From: a bacterium
Lineage (GTDB): Bacteria; UBA8248
Direction of reading: 5' to 3'
Assembly (NCBI GenBank): GCA_965202625.1
Contig: CBDBBI010000010.1
Span: forward strand, 1,632,001-1,696,000
DNA length: 64,000 nt
Shown here: positions 18,796 to 28,726 of the stretch, piece after piece
Numbering within the stretch: the first letter of the stretch is position 1
Layout of the letters: each line of letters opens with the position of its first letter
The notes under the pieces: generated by a model
What the model saw: the letters and a program-made list of their open reading frames with translations, nothing else
Database searches by the model: none
Told to the model about the DNA's origin: nothing
Made by a program: the position numbers and the translations under genes

Positions 18796-19008
18796 TCATC
18801 TTCTGCCTTGAACGGCGCTCTCCCCGAAAAATGGAATGAACAATATTCCCAGAATCGACACGCCAGCGCTGAAGGAGAGGCGCACGTCACCCCGGATAAA
18901 GTGGATGAGTCCGCTCATTGACACCAGTGCGCCGAAAAGGACCATGATAGTATGAAACAGGTCGAACCTAAAATTAAGCGCCAATTCGCGTTTTCTTCTC
19001 TCATTCAT
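18796..19008 (-). CDS. Small two-TM hypothetical membrane protein
   Basis: Two hydrophobic stretches; start overlaps the amidohydrolase 3' end. Confidence 0.5.
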   Translation of the reverse strand: MNERRKRELALNFRFDLFHTIMVLFGALVSMSGLIHFIRGDVRLSFSAGVSILGILFIPFFGESAVQGRR

Positions 19009-19954
19009 ACAACCCCAGCAGGCGCGCCGCGTTCCCCCCCAGCCATTTCTCCATGACGGACGGCTTCAAAGGGAGATTCCGCGCCTCGTCGAGAATTCCT
19101 CCGAGAGATATCGGCAGAAGCGGCCAGTCGGTTCCAAATAGGATTTTGTCCTGTATCGTCGAATTTCCAAAATGAAGGAGCATCTCCCAGCCCGAATGCG
19201 GGCGGGAGAGATATTTCCACCGATGACCGGAAGGGTCGACGTACAGATTCGGATGTCGCCAGGCGGCGGCGACCATCTCCGGCACCCAAGGCCAGCCGCC
19301 ATGCCCCGCGATTACCTTCAAATCCGGCATCTCTCCGCACAGGCGATCCAAGGCTAGAGGTCTTCCCAGCTCCATCGGATGAGCGGGCGACCAGTTCACG
19401 GAGGTATGAATCCAGACGGGAACGTTCATCTCAACACACTTTCGATAGATCGGTCGATAGGCAGGGGCGTCGGCAGGCAGACGATGAAGAAAAGGGACGA
19501 GGAGCGCTCCGTGCAAGCCGAGCACGCGCACGCCTCTCTCCAGCGTGGCCGCCGCACCACTCTTATGGGGGTCCAAGCCCTGTAAGGCGAGAATCCGGTC
19601 CGGATAGGCATCCACCGCGCGCGCGAGCACGTTTGGGTCAAGAGGGAGAACTCCAGTGGTGCTCTCCTGGTCTATGCTGAAAACGACGACCTTGTCATAC
19701 CCGGCCACATCCAGGGCCGCGATGAATTTCTCGAGCGGCCCTCCGAGCCTCTCCGCCACCTCATCAATGTAAGAATGGATTTTCTCTTGCGCCGGCTCCA
19801 CCGCGTTGCGGCGAAACTCCTCCTCCCCTACTCCGCAAAAGGCGCTCAACCCCTTGGAGAACATTCTGAAATAACCAGGAATCGAGGCCCAGCCCAGCAA
19901 GCGGGCGCGATAGGACTCCGCCAATGGCAAAAAACTACAAACGTCGACGATCAA
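19001..19954 (-). CDS. Amidohydrolase_2 family protein
   Basis: PIY.KC.E.NVPVWIHT, LKVIAGHGGWPW, HPNLYVD, KILFGTDWP, LGGNAARLL. Confidence 0.9.
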   Translation of the reverse strand: MIVDVCSFLPLAESYRARLLGWASIPGYFRMFSKGLSAFCGVGEEEFRRNAVEPAQEKIHSYIDEVAERLGGPLEKFIAALDVAGYDKVVVFSIDQESTTGVLPLDPNVLARAVDAYPDRILALQGLDPHKSGAAATLERGVRVLGLHGALLVPFLHRLPADAPAYRPIYRKCVEMNVPVWIHTSVNWSPAHPMELGRPLALDRLCGEMPDLKVIAGHGGWPWVPEMVAAAWRHPNLYVDPSGHRWKYLSRPHSGWEMLLHFGNSTIQDKILFGTDWPLLPISLGGILDEARNLPLKPSVMEKWLGGNAARLLGLYE

Positions 19955-20815
19955 AGAAGCCAGCCCTGAGCGTAGAGGAGAGAACCATTGGATTGTAAAA
20001 AGGAGAAATCACTCTGATGCAAGACCAAGCGCGCTGAGTGGATCAAAACGACCAAAATTAAAAAAAGAAAGACTGCGATCGCACCAACCTCCCGTGGGCT
20101 CCCTCGCCGACGAAGCGCGCCGAGCAGCGACCTGAACAACAAAGCGACGCAGATGGCCAGCACGATGAACGACCGTCCTACGCACGCCAGTATATCACGG
20201 ATGAAACGAGACCTGCGCAGCAAAAGCCAGGGGACACCTCGCGCCAAGCAAAGACAGTCGCGCACCGTTTGACATCGACATGCGGCTCTCTCACCGCAAG
20301 GCCCGCCCCCAGAAACATGAGAAAAAGGTCGCCGGCGACGAACGCCGATAGACAACAATGTCCCATCGCTCACTAAAAAGCGGAGCGTCCCAGAATGTGA
20401 CGACCCCACCTTCCGTCGCTACCCAAGAAGGCAGAACTTAAGTTAGAGAACACGAAGACCCAAATCGGTCCTAAGCATAACAACATCAAGACGCCCGGCA
20501 GAATCATCATAAAGCGCGTGAATCTGAACATCATCCCCGATTCGTTACTTTTATAATGCACAAACACGAAAACCCCAAAACCAACCGGCAAGAACCACAA
20601 CATCGCCAAAGATCGAGTTCAGCAGGCCACGGAGGTAAAGCGCGACCAGATTCGCATCGAGCGCGCGGAGCGATGGATGGAGGCCGACACGCGATACAAC
20701 GTCGCGTAGGAATGGGGAGTACAGGCCAACATTGAAAGTGCAGCGCGCTATCGGCAGCACCTACACATCCCGACATCAAGAGCGCGGCGGACATGGACGC
20801 CCTCGCCGCCATCAC
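19951..20815 (-). pseudogene. Probable decayed multi-pass membrane protein
   Basis: Successive hydrophobic fragments in different minus-strand frames; the last ends in a TTGA overlap with the amidohydrolase start. Confidence 0.35.
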
Positions 20816-20931
20816 GCTCGACGACCTGCTTTGAGGGACTTTTTCAACGCCCTTTCACGGCAACGAAAGTTCCTAATCGTCCGTGGAAGACGCCGCGAGA
20901 CTGAAATGGGAGAGGCTGATTCGGTCGATCT

Positions 20932-22065
20932 TCACACCCTGACCACCCGATGCGCGAGGTAGTTCTCCAGCTTGTCCTCATTCAGGGAGACACCCAAGCC
21001 GGGCGTCTTGGGAACCGCGCAACGCCCCGTGCTCATGTCAACGGGTGAATCCACCACGTCGTCCAGCATCTTCTCCGGCCCGACGGATTCTATCGCCGAC
21101 AGAAAAGCGTCCGATGTCGCCGCCACGTGAATCTCGCCCAGCGTGTAGGGCGATAGGCCAAACCCGTGCCCGATGACGAGCTTCATGCCGGCGGCCTCCG
21201 CCGTGGCGACCATGTCCCGCACGCGGAGGGGGCCACCCTGCTTCATGATCTTGACCTTGACGATGTCGGCGGCGTCCGCCCGAATGATGTGCAGCAGACT
21301 CTCCGGCCCAAACACGCACTCATCCGCCATGACGGGAATGTTAATCGAACGACGCACCCGCGCGAGACCTTCGACATCCTCTCTCGAAACGGGCTGCTCA
21401 AAATGCTGGACGTCAGCCTCCTCCACTTCCCGCGTGAGGGCGATGGCCTCCTCTACGTTTCCATAGGATTCGTTCGCGTCGATTCGTATCTCAAAGTCAT
21501 CTCCCGTCGCCTCCCGAACCGCCAGCACCCGCGCAGCGTCCGACGTCACGTCTCCCCCCGCCTTCACCTTGCAGGCACGCCAGCCGCGCTCCTGAAAGCC
21601 TCTCGCCTCCTTCGCCGCCTCCTCAGGCGTCTGTATTCCAATCCAGGCGTTGAAGCACACCTCATCCTTCACCGCACCTCCCAACAGGTCATGCAGCGGC
21701 GTGCCCAGATATTTCGCGTGGAGGTCCGCCAAGGCGAGTGACAAGGCCCCTTTTCCACCATAGCAACCCGCGCAAGCCTCATCCATCCTTCGGCTGAGTT
21801 CGCGCGCCCTCCTCGGATCAGCACCGATCAAAACCGGCGCGAGCTTCTCCTCCATCGCCTCGGCGACTTCATCGCGTCCCAAACCTGAGTATCCCGCCAC
21901 CGGCTCAACATCGCCGACGCCCGTAAAGCCATCGTCCGAAGTGATTCGGACGACAACCGCCGGCTGAACGTTGTGATTGTGATGCGCGTTCTTGAAGTAG
22001 TCCCTCATCGGCATGTCGATGCGAAATATCTCGACCGATTCCACTCTCAACGCGCACACCCCCAT
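20932..22065 (-). CDS. Mandelate racemase/muconate-lactonizing (enolase superfamily) enzyme
   Basis: KVK catalytic motif, metal ligands in IDANE / EQP / ADE, second Lys in KIMKQGG. Confidence 0.92.
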   Translation of the reverse strand: MGVCALRVESVEIFRIDMPMRDYFKNAHHNHNVQPAVVVRITSDDGFTGVGDVEPVAGYSGLGRDEVAEAMEEKLAPVLIGADPRRARELSRRMDEACAGCYGGKGALSLALADLHAKYLGTPLHDLLGGAVKDEVCFNAWIGIQTPEEAAKEARGFQERGWRACKVKAGGDVTSDAARVLAVREATGDDFEIRIDANESYGNVEEAIALTREVEEADVQHFEQPVSREDVEGLARVRRSINIPVMADECVFGPESLLHIIRADAADIVKVKIMKQGGPLRVRDMVATAEAAGMKLVIGHGFGLSPYTLGEIHVAATSDAFLSAIESVGPEKMLDDVVDSPVDMSTGRCAVPKTPGLGVSLNEDKLENYLAHRVVRV

Positions 22066-22106
22066 TCCTCCAGAAGACGCTTCCATCGCAAAGTGCCTAT
22101 TCTCAC

Positions 22107-25100
22107 CTACCGCGCTTCCGCCACGACCCTGCGCACGCCCTCTCTCAAATCGTCATCGACGGGCAAGGAGACGTCAACGCCCGGACGCAAAAAAGCGAAC
22201 ACCAACTCATGTGCCTCATAACCCGTCGCCGCCTCCAGACCCATGACGTACGCGCCTCCCTGGGTCGCGTAAAACGCGGCTGTGTCTTTCACCTTACCCG
22301 CCTTGACATCGTCGGTCTTGAAATCAACGATAATGAGTTTTCCGTTCTCCTCAAACACTAAGTCGATATACCCTCGAATGAAACTCTCATCCATCTCGAA
22401 CACGAAGGGCGTCTCTCGCCAACGCCTGGAGGCGGCGGCCGCGCGCGCCAGTACGCCCCCCTTCATTGCGCCCCGAATCAACTTCATGGCGAGAGCGACG
22501 TCCTCGTCATTCAGGCCGAGTGCGCGCGCGCGCGCGAAGTTCTCTTCCCTCAGCTCATCGAGACGAACGACTTCCGGCGGCTCTAGACGTGCCAGAATCG
22601 AATGCGTTAGTTGGCCGAACGCCGCCCCGCCGCCAGATTCCGGTTTCTGCGTCCCATCCTCCCAAAACGCATCTCCCGACGACTCGCGCTCCTCCGCCCT
22701 CAGCCCATGATGCTGAATAAGGCTGCTGGGAGCCAAAGGCAAACGCAATCTCGCGGGTTCTTTTAGGCGCCTCAATTTCTTAGCCAGAGCAACCCGCTCC
22801 GCAGGAAGACTCACGGTTTCCCCATCTCCCGCGCGAAAGACATCGCCGTCGAGACGGAGAATGCGTTCCGGCTCCTTTGGTTCTGCAGGCGAAACCGCCT
22901 GCACCTGAACCGAGGGAATTTTCTCCATCTCCTCCACGCTCAGGCCGGCCTCTTTTATCAGTGACCAAAATGACCCATTTTCTTTCTCGCCACGGAACAC
23001 CGGCCAGAGCAGACAATCCCTCGCCCTCGTCGCACCGACATATAAAAGACGCCCGCGCTCCGCCTTCACAAATTCTTTTTCACGCTCACACGCGTCCGCA
23101 TATCCAATGGAGTCCAACCTTCGGGACTTTGAACCGAGACGCAAATCCACAGATTTTTTTTGACGATCCACAATCCGCGTTTCCGGGGGCGAGGCGGATC
23201 GCCCGTCCAAGTCGGCCAAGGCGACAACGGGGAATTCCATTCCCTTCGCCTGGTAGATCGACATGAACCGAACCGCTCCCGCGCCATCGTCCTGGGCGCC
23301 CAAAAGCGCTTCGGGCTCCCTAGCGTCTCGCCCCAATTCGTATCGCGCTTCCAGATGCGCGGCGAACGCGTCGGTCCCCCGCCTTCCGCCCTGGGCGAAC
23401 GTTTCCGCCATGTCCAAAAGCTTGAATAAATTGGCGACGCGCTGCTCCCCTGCGAATGAGGAGAAGAACAATTCAAACGCCCCCGTCCGACGATACATTT
23501 CTTCCAAAAGCGCGCGCGCTCCCAATTTCTTTTTTCTCTCATGCAGCAGATACAACTCCTCGACCGCCTCGCTCAATTCCCTCGGCGGATCGCTGTCTTT
23601 GAGGAGGTAAAGGGCGACGTCCGCATCCGAGAAACCATACAGGGGAGAGCGCAGTGCGGCGGCCAGTGCCAACGGATCGCCTGGCCGCGTCACCGCCGAC
23701 AATGCGGATATGACCGCCCCGACCTCGAACTTGTCATAAAACCCGTGCCCGCCGTCTAATACGCAAGGAACACCGGCGGCGCGAAATGCCTCCTCGAACT
23801 GGGCATATCCCGTGCGAGCGCGAAAGAGGATGGCGACGTCTCCATACCGAACCGGGCGCAGTGAGCCTCCATCTTCGACTTCCCCCTTTTTCTCCTCCAC
23901 CAACCTCCGCACTCCCTCGGCAAGGCAGGCGGCCTCACACTCGCGCCTCCCCTTCTCCGTCTTACCCGTCCGGGCGTCCTCCCCCTCATCAACCCGCAAC
24001 TTCAGCAGGAAAACCCTGGGTCCGGAGGCTTCCCGACTCGCCACCAGAGGGACGTATTCCGGCTGGACGCCCGAAGCGTGGGTGATGACGCGCTCAAACA
24101 CGCGATTAACGAATTCAACGACGCCAGGAACGCTGCGAAAGTTCTCCCGAATATGCAGCACGCGACTATCCAGTTCGGGAGGTTTGGGGAGTCGGCGGAG
24201 CTTCTCCTTCACTTCTTCATAAATGGCGATGTCCGCCCGTCGAAACCGGTAGATGGATTGTTTGGGATCGCCCACCAGAAAAAGATTCGCACCCTCCATC
24301 CGCACTTCACGCCAATCAATGACGTTTGCACCCTCTCCCGTAAGCAGGAATATCAACTCCACCTGCAAGGGGTCGGTATCCTGAAACTCGTCGACCAGGA
24401 AATGGCGGATGCGCTCGCGGATTCTCGCCCGCGCGGCGGGATTCTCCCGAACGAGCTTCGCCGCCAAGAAAAGTATGTCGTCATAGGACAAAAGGCCCGC
24501 CTCCCGCACTTGCCGCTCGAACAATTCGACGAAATTCCTGATGATGGAGACGAGGCCCGAAATTACTTTGTGACCGGCTATCGCGGCTACTTTCTCTAGC
24601 AGTCGATCATATTTCTTCCGAAACGAAAAGAGATTCGATTTTTCGGTCTCCGCATCAATATCCCAATTCTTGACGGAACCCACCCGTTTGTTCATTTTGA
24701 AGTCAGGACGCCAGAGCGAACGCATCAACCCTATAATGGATAGGCTGGAAATACCCTCCAGCCAGCCTCTCGCTCTCGCCAGTTCCTGAAACGCTTTATC
24801 CGTGTCATCCAGGCAATGGCGTTTCGCAAAATCCTCCCACGCGAGATACTCTTTTTTCATCGCCGCGTGGATATCATCGGGAGAAGTTCTCCCCGCAGAG
24901 GGGAAGTATTCCCTCATTTCAGGCAACGCGAGCATGGCGTCTCGAATTTTTTCCAGGTCGGCTACGGAGAAGCCGAGTTCAAGAAAATCCGCCAACCGCC
25001 TGTCATCCCCATCCAGTTCCTTCACCAGCCAGTCGCGCCACACCCTCTCCAGCTGCACTCCAAGTTCGACCTCGTCCACCTCCCCGATGTCGGGGGGAAG

Positions 25101-25466
25101 CCCCGCATCTACGGAAATCTCGCGCACAACGCTTAGGGCGAAGCTGTGGATGGTGGAGATTCTGGCGGATTCCAGATCCGCCAACGCCTCCTCCAAACGC
25201 CTCCGCGCGTCATCGTCCTCCTCCTCCCGCAACGCCGCGCGCAGGCGCGCGCGAATCCGGGTCTTCAGTTCGATGGTCGCTTTTCTCGTGAAGGTGATGG
25301 CGACTATCTCGGTGATGGGGACACACTTCTCTCGAACCAAATGCGCCACTCTGTCCACAAACAGGGTCGTCTTGCCCGTACCTGCGCTCGCCTCGACCAG
25401 AATGGGACCTTGCGTCCACTCCACCGCCAAATCCCTTTCTTTCTGATCGCTCAATCGGGCTTTCAT
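22107..25466 (-). CDS. addA: AddA-like UvrD helicase with C-terminal PD-(D/E)XK nuclease
   Basis: EASAGTGKT, TFTRKA, STIHSF, VDEFQDT, VGDPKQSIYRFR, NFRS, AKGMEF, YVGATRA, GYIDLV..IVDFKT. Confidence 0.9.
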   Translation of the reverse strand: MKARLSDQKERDLAVEWTQGPILVEASAGTGKTTLFVDRVAHLVREKCVPITEIVAITFTRKATIELKTRIRARLRAALREEEDDDARRRLEEALADLESARISTIHSFALSVVREISVDAGLPPDIGEVDEVELGVQLERVWRDWLVKELDGDDRRLADFLELGFSVADLEKIRDAMLALPEMREYFPSAGRTSPDDIHAAMKKEYLAWEDFAKRHCLDDTDKAFQELARARGWLEGISSLSIIGLMRSLWRPDFKMNKRVGSVKNWDIDAETEKSNLFSFRKKYDRLLEKVAAIAGHKVISGLVSIIRNFVELFERQVREAGLLSYDDILFLAAKLVRENPAARARIRERIRHFLVDEFQDTDPLQVELIFLLTGEGANVIDWREVRMEGANLFLVGDPKQSIYRFRRADIAIYEEVKEKLRRLPKPPELDSRVLHIRENFRSVPGVVEFVNRVFERVITHASGVQPEYVPLVASREASGPRVFLLKLRVDEGEDARTGKTEKGRRECEAACLAEGVRRLVEEKKGEVEDGGSLRPVRYGDVAILFRARTGYAQFEEAFRAAGVPCVLDGGHGFYDKFEVGAVISALSAVTRPGDPLALAAALRSPLYGFSDADVALYLLKDSDPPRELSEAVEELYLLHERKKKLGARALLEEMYRRTGAFELFFSSFAGEQRVANLFKLLDMAETFAQGGRRGTDAFAAHLEARYELGRDAREPEALLGAQDDGAGAVRFMSIYQAKGMEFPVVALADLDGRSASPPETRIVDRQKKSVDLRLGSKSRRLDSIGYADACEREKEFVKAERGRLLYVGATRARDCLLWPVFRGEKENGSFWSLIKEAGLSVEEMEKIPSVQVQAVSPAEPKEPERILRLDGDVFRAGDGETVSLPAERVALAKKLRRLKEPARLRLPLAPSSLIQHHGLRAEERESSGDAFWEDGTQKPESGGGAAFGQLTHSILARLEPPEVVRLDELREENFARARALGLNDEDVALAMKLIRGAMKGGVLARAAAASRRWRETPFVFEMDESFIRGYIDLVFEENGKLIIVDFKTDDVKAGKVKDTAAFYATQGGAYVMGLEAATGYEAHELVFAFLRPGVDVSLPVDDDLREGVRRVVAEAR

Positions 25467-28400
25467 GGAATCGCGCCTCTCAACTGTTGAAGTTCGATTC
25501 GCTCCGGCGCCTCCTCTTTACTCCTTGCGCGCTCGGCTCTGTCGGGCCCACAAAGAGCTTTGTAATCGCAGTGGTCGCAATGTTGACCAGGGGTCGGGAA
25601 AAAACTTCCACTCTTGACGCAGGAGAGGAAATAGCGAAGGAGTGCATCCACGTCCTTCTCCCGTTCTTCGATATCCTCATACGCGCGCTGAACGACGCCT
25701 TCTCCTTCCGTGACGTAGACGTAAGACCCGCCCACCCGGGACCCCTCCGGCAGTATTTCGGTCTCGCGCCTCGCGTAAAGATGAACCTGAAGCCTCGCAC
25801 CGCCGTCCAGAACCTTCCTCTCGGAGGGCACTCTATCTTTCCCTCTCACGGTCTTGAAATCGACGACGCGATATCCCCCCCCCCCGTTCTGCTCCAGTAA
25901 ATCTATCCGCCCGCTCAGGAGAAGTCCTCCTCCCTCCAGGGAAATTCGCAGCGGCTCCGAACCCCTATCGCCGAACCTCTCCTCGATCCTCACCGGACAC
26001 CAGGCCATACCCTCCGCGCGCTTATGTTCAACATACCCCCACAAGCGCCGATAGAGCGCACCTTCAAAAATCCTCCAGGACAGAGCGAGAAGGGGCGGTG
26101 CTTCCGAATTCTGCGCTTCTTTCTCCATCACCTTACGAATCTGCTCACGGAGCGCGGCCCGTATACTGGCCTCGTCGTGTGCGTTAAGCGATTGGTTCGT
26201 CTCCTGAAGCCACCGGTGGAGCGCCTCCAAAACCGCGTGCGTCAACTGGCCAGCAAACTTGGCGTCCGCGGAGAAAGGAGGTTTTGGCTCTTCTCTCTTC
26301 TTCACCCGCGGATGCAGCTGAGCGTTGATGAAGCGATACGGACACTCGAAAAAAGTATTCAACGAGGTGACGCCCATCGGCCGCGAGGGTGAATGAACTT
26401 TTCTACAAATAATCTCGTGAAGCTCGGATCCAGAGAACGTCCCATCATGCGCCGTCAAGACGCCTCGTTTCCATCGCTCCGCCAATGCGTCCCGCCGACG
26501 AGCGAAGCCGGGGTGAAGGCCCAAGTAGCGCAAACTCCCCGTATCTGGGGCTTCGCCATGAATTCGCGCTAAAATACGCGCGATGTCATATTCACGCAGA
26601 TCGAGAGGATTCGCTGAGATATCCTCACGCTTCAATATGGCGGGCGCGATCCGGCTAAGTGGGGAGCGCGTGATAAAGTGCGCAACGCCGTCTTTCGGCT
26701 CCTCGAACACCTCCGCCAGATCATGAAAAAAGGCGCTTGGAAAAAACGCCGCCTCATCCATCGAGTCATTCTCCGCGCTCGGCGTCGAGAGGATCAATCG
26801 ATTGCGAACGGACTGAAGAACCGTCCAGAACTGAAACCGTGCCTCGCTTTCCCTCGATTTCTTGGGCGGAAGATCTGCCCTTTGATCCGGAGACGCATCT
26901 CTCGCAACACGGTTCATCTTCTCCCGCAGGGCGTCAGGCAGAAAGGGATCCTCGACTCCCGGAGAGGGAAAAGAGCCCTCCGCCATACCGGAGAGGACAA
27001 CCGTATCGAAAGAAAGCCCTCGCGCCCCCAGGACAGAAGAGAGATTCACCAGATGAGCCGCTCCGTTCTCTTTTAGATTCGCCGCCTCCAAGGCCCGCTC
27101 GCACAGCACATGAAATTCCGCCAGCGTCATCTCCGGAAGAATCTCATCCAAATCCGAGAGTGCAGAGATCGTTCTCGCAACCTCATCCTGACCCGCCAAG
27201 CCATTCGTCAGGCCGCAGAAAACCTCCAGAACGGAGTCGACGAACGAAGAAGGCGTCCCCCGCTCTGGAATTTTCTCAAAGAGAGCGAAAAAATCAGACA
27301 TTGAGATGGCGAGAGAATAAGCGATGAGATGCTCCTCATCCTCCCCCCGCATATCGTCCAAGGCTGAATCCAGCGCCGAGAGCCACTCGTCTGGACCTTT
27401 GAGATAGGGCAACCGCCTTGAGAAAAACTCCCATTGCGATGCAAGGACAGAGCTGCCCGCCAGCTCCTCAAATTGATATTTGCGGCCCATCTCCGAAAAT
27501 TTTTCCGAACCGACGAAATCGCCCTCATCCAGCAGACGCATCACCGAAGCCCTCGGATAATCGTCCAGCACCACTCGAAGCGTCAAGAGAAACAAGCGGC
27601 CCGCGATCGAGGCGGCCAAGGGGCGCCTCTCCTCCTCGCAGCACGGAATATCGAGGCTCTCAAACATCTCTTTGAACAAGTTTTGATAATGTCCCTTCTC
27701 GGTCATCAAAATGCATACCTCATCATCGTTCGGCATACTCTCCCGGGCCTTGATGATCTCTCTGCACACCTCCCACGCTTCGCGGCCCCGGGAGGGGGCC
27801 TTCAGAATTCGCAAGGCGGTCTCCGGAAAACGCGCCTGCTTATCGTGCGAGAACAGCGCGTTCGCGACGCCTGACAACGGCCTGGGGGCGAAAGTCCCCG
27901 CATTTTCTCGTCGAAAACCCAGCCCCTCGAACCAACGGATCAACGGCTCGGCGTGTGCACACGCGGGCGCGCCAATCTGTGCGGGAATGAGGGCTTGGGA
28001 TTGCGTCTCGCGGCATACGGCCGCGATCAACCTGCGTTGGAGGGCGTTCATCTCGGCGAAGCCATACACTATAGTGGGAATGCGCGGAGGCTCCGCTTCC
28101 GCTCGCTCGCTCGCCATGAGGAGAAGCGAAGAGCCGTCATAGCATCGCAAATCGCGCATCCAGCGCCAGAAACGCTCGGCAAGGCGCGCCAGATCTTCGC
28201 ATCGCCCCGCGTCGGGACCCGACATTTTCCAGCCGAATTTCCTTACGAGCCCAGGCGAAAGGTTCGCCTCGGCGAGGTCCGTCAGAGTGGCGTAGAGGCT
28301 CCGCCCGCACCCCTTGGAAGCAGAGCGAAAATGCGCCAGCCCCGACCGTGCCCCTTCGAGCGTCTTTTCCGCCAAAACCTCGGCGAACGGCGGAAGAACC

Positions 28401-28669
28401 TCCTTGAGCCCTCCCGAGGCGCGCTCAGGCTCTGTGATCTCACGCGCCAGTGCCGCCATGGTGAGAACCGAGACTCCGGCGAAGCCGCCCGCGCGCGCGA
28501 GGATTTTCTGGACGTGATCGCGTAGGCGATTCGATATGACGATGACGCGTCGAGGCCGTAGAGGGTCTCCCGCGCCAAGGTGACGCACACTTGACGCGAG
28601 GGATGATTCGAGGTGATGAAAAGGAGCAGCGAGCCATATTTTTGAGGCGAACGTCATGGAGACTTCCAT
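25463..28669 (-). CDS. addB: AddB-like nuclease subunit with Fe-S motif
   Basis: Degenerate helicase body, FFECPYRF, GRIDLL..VVDFKT, CDHCDYKALC; 4-nt overlap with addA. Confidence 0.85.
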   Translation of the reverse strand: MEVSMTFASKIWLAAPFHHLESSLASSVRHLGAGDPLRPRRVIVISNRLRDHVQKILARAGGFAGVSVLTMAALAREITEPERASGGLKEVLPPFAEVLAEKTLEGARSGLAHFRSASKGCGRSLYATLTDLAEANLSPGLVRKFGWKMSGPDAGRCEDLARLAERFWRWMRDLRCYDGSSLLLMASERAEAEPPRIPTIVYGFAEMNALQRRLIAAVCRETQSQALIPAQIGAPACAHAEPLIRWFEGLGFRRENAGTFAPRPLSGVANALFSHDKQARFPETALRILKAPSRGREAWEVCREIIKARESMPNDDEVCILMTEKGHYQNLFKEMFESLDIPCCEEERRPLAASIAGRLFLLTLRVVLDDYPRASVMRLLDEGDFVGSEKFSEMGRKYQFEELAGSSVLASQWEFFSRRLPYLKGPDEWLSALDSALDDMRGEDEEHLIAYSLAISMSDFFALFEKIPERGTPSSFVDSVLEVFCGLTNGLAGQDEVARTISALSDLDEILPEMTLAEFHVLCERALEAANLKENGAAHLVNLSSVLGARGLSFDTVVLSGMAEGSFPSPGVEDPFLPDALREKMNRVARDASPDQRADLPPKKSRESEARFQFWTVLQSVRNRLILSTPSAENDSMDEAAFFPSAFFHDLAEVFEEPKDGVAHFITRSPLSRIAPAILKREDISANPLDLREYDIARILARIHGEAPDTGSLRYLGLHPGFARRRDALAERWKRGVLTAHDGTFSGSELHEIICRKVHSPSRPMGVTSLNTFFECPYRFINAQLHPRVKKREEPKPPFSADAKFAGQLTHAVLEALHRWLQETNQSLNAHDEASIRAALREQIRKVMEKEAQNSEAPPLLALSWRIFEGALYRRLWGYVEHKRAEGMAWCPVRIEERFGDRGSEPLRISLEGGGLLLSGRIDLLEQNGGGGYRVVDFKTVRGKDRVPSERKVLDGGARLQVHLYARRETEILPEGSRVGGSYVYVTEGEGVVQRAYEDIEEREKDVDALLRYFLSCVKSGSFFPTPGQHCDHCDYKALCGPDRAERARSKEEAPERIELQQLRGAIP

Positions 28670-28726
28670 TTCACCTAGGCGGGCGATGCCCTAGAACCCA
28701 AACATACGGAAACGGCTGCTTAGTGT

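Noticed and set aside
22107-28669. Helicase plus nuclease pair as a novel defence system
   Set aside because: Motifs, sizes, the Fe-S nuclease and gene order match the housekeeping AddAB repair complex.
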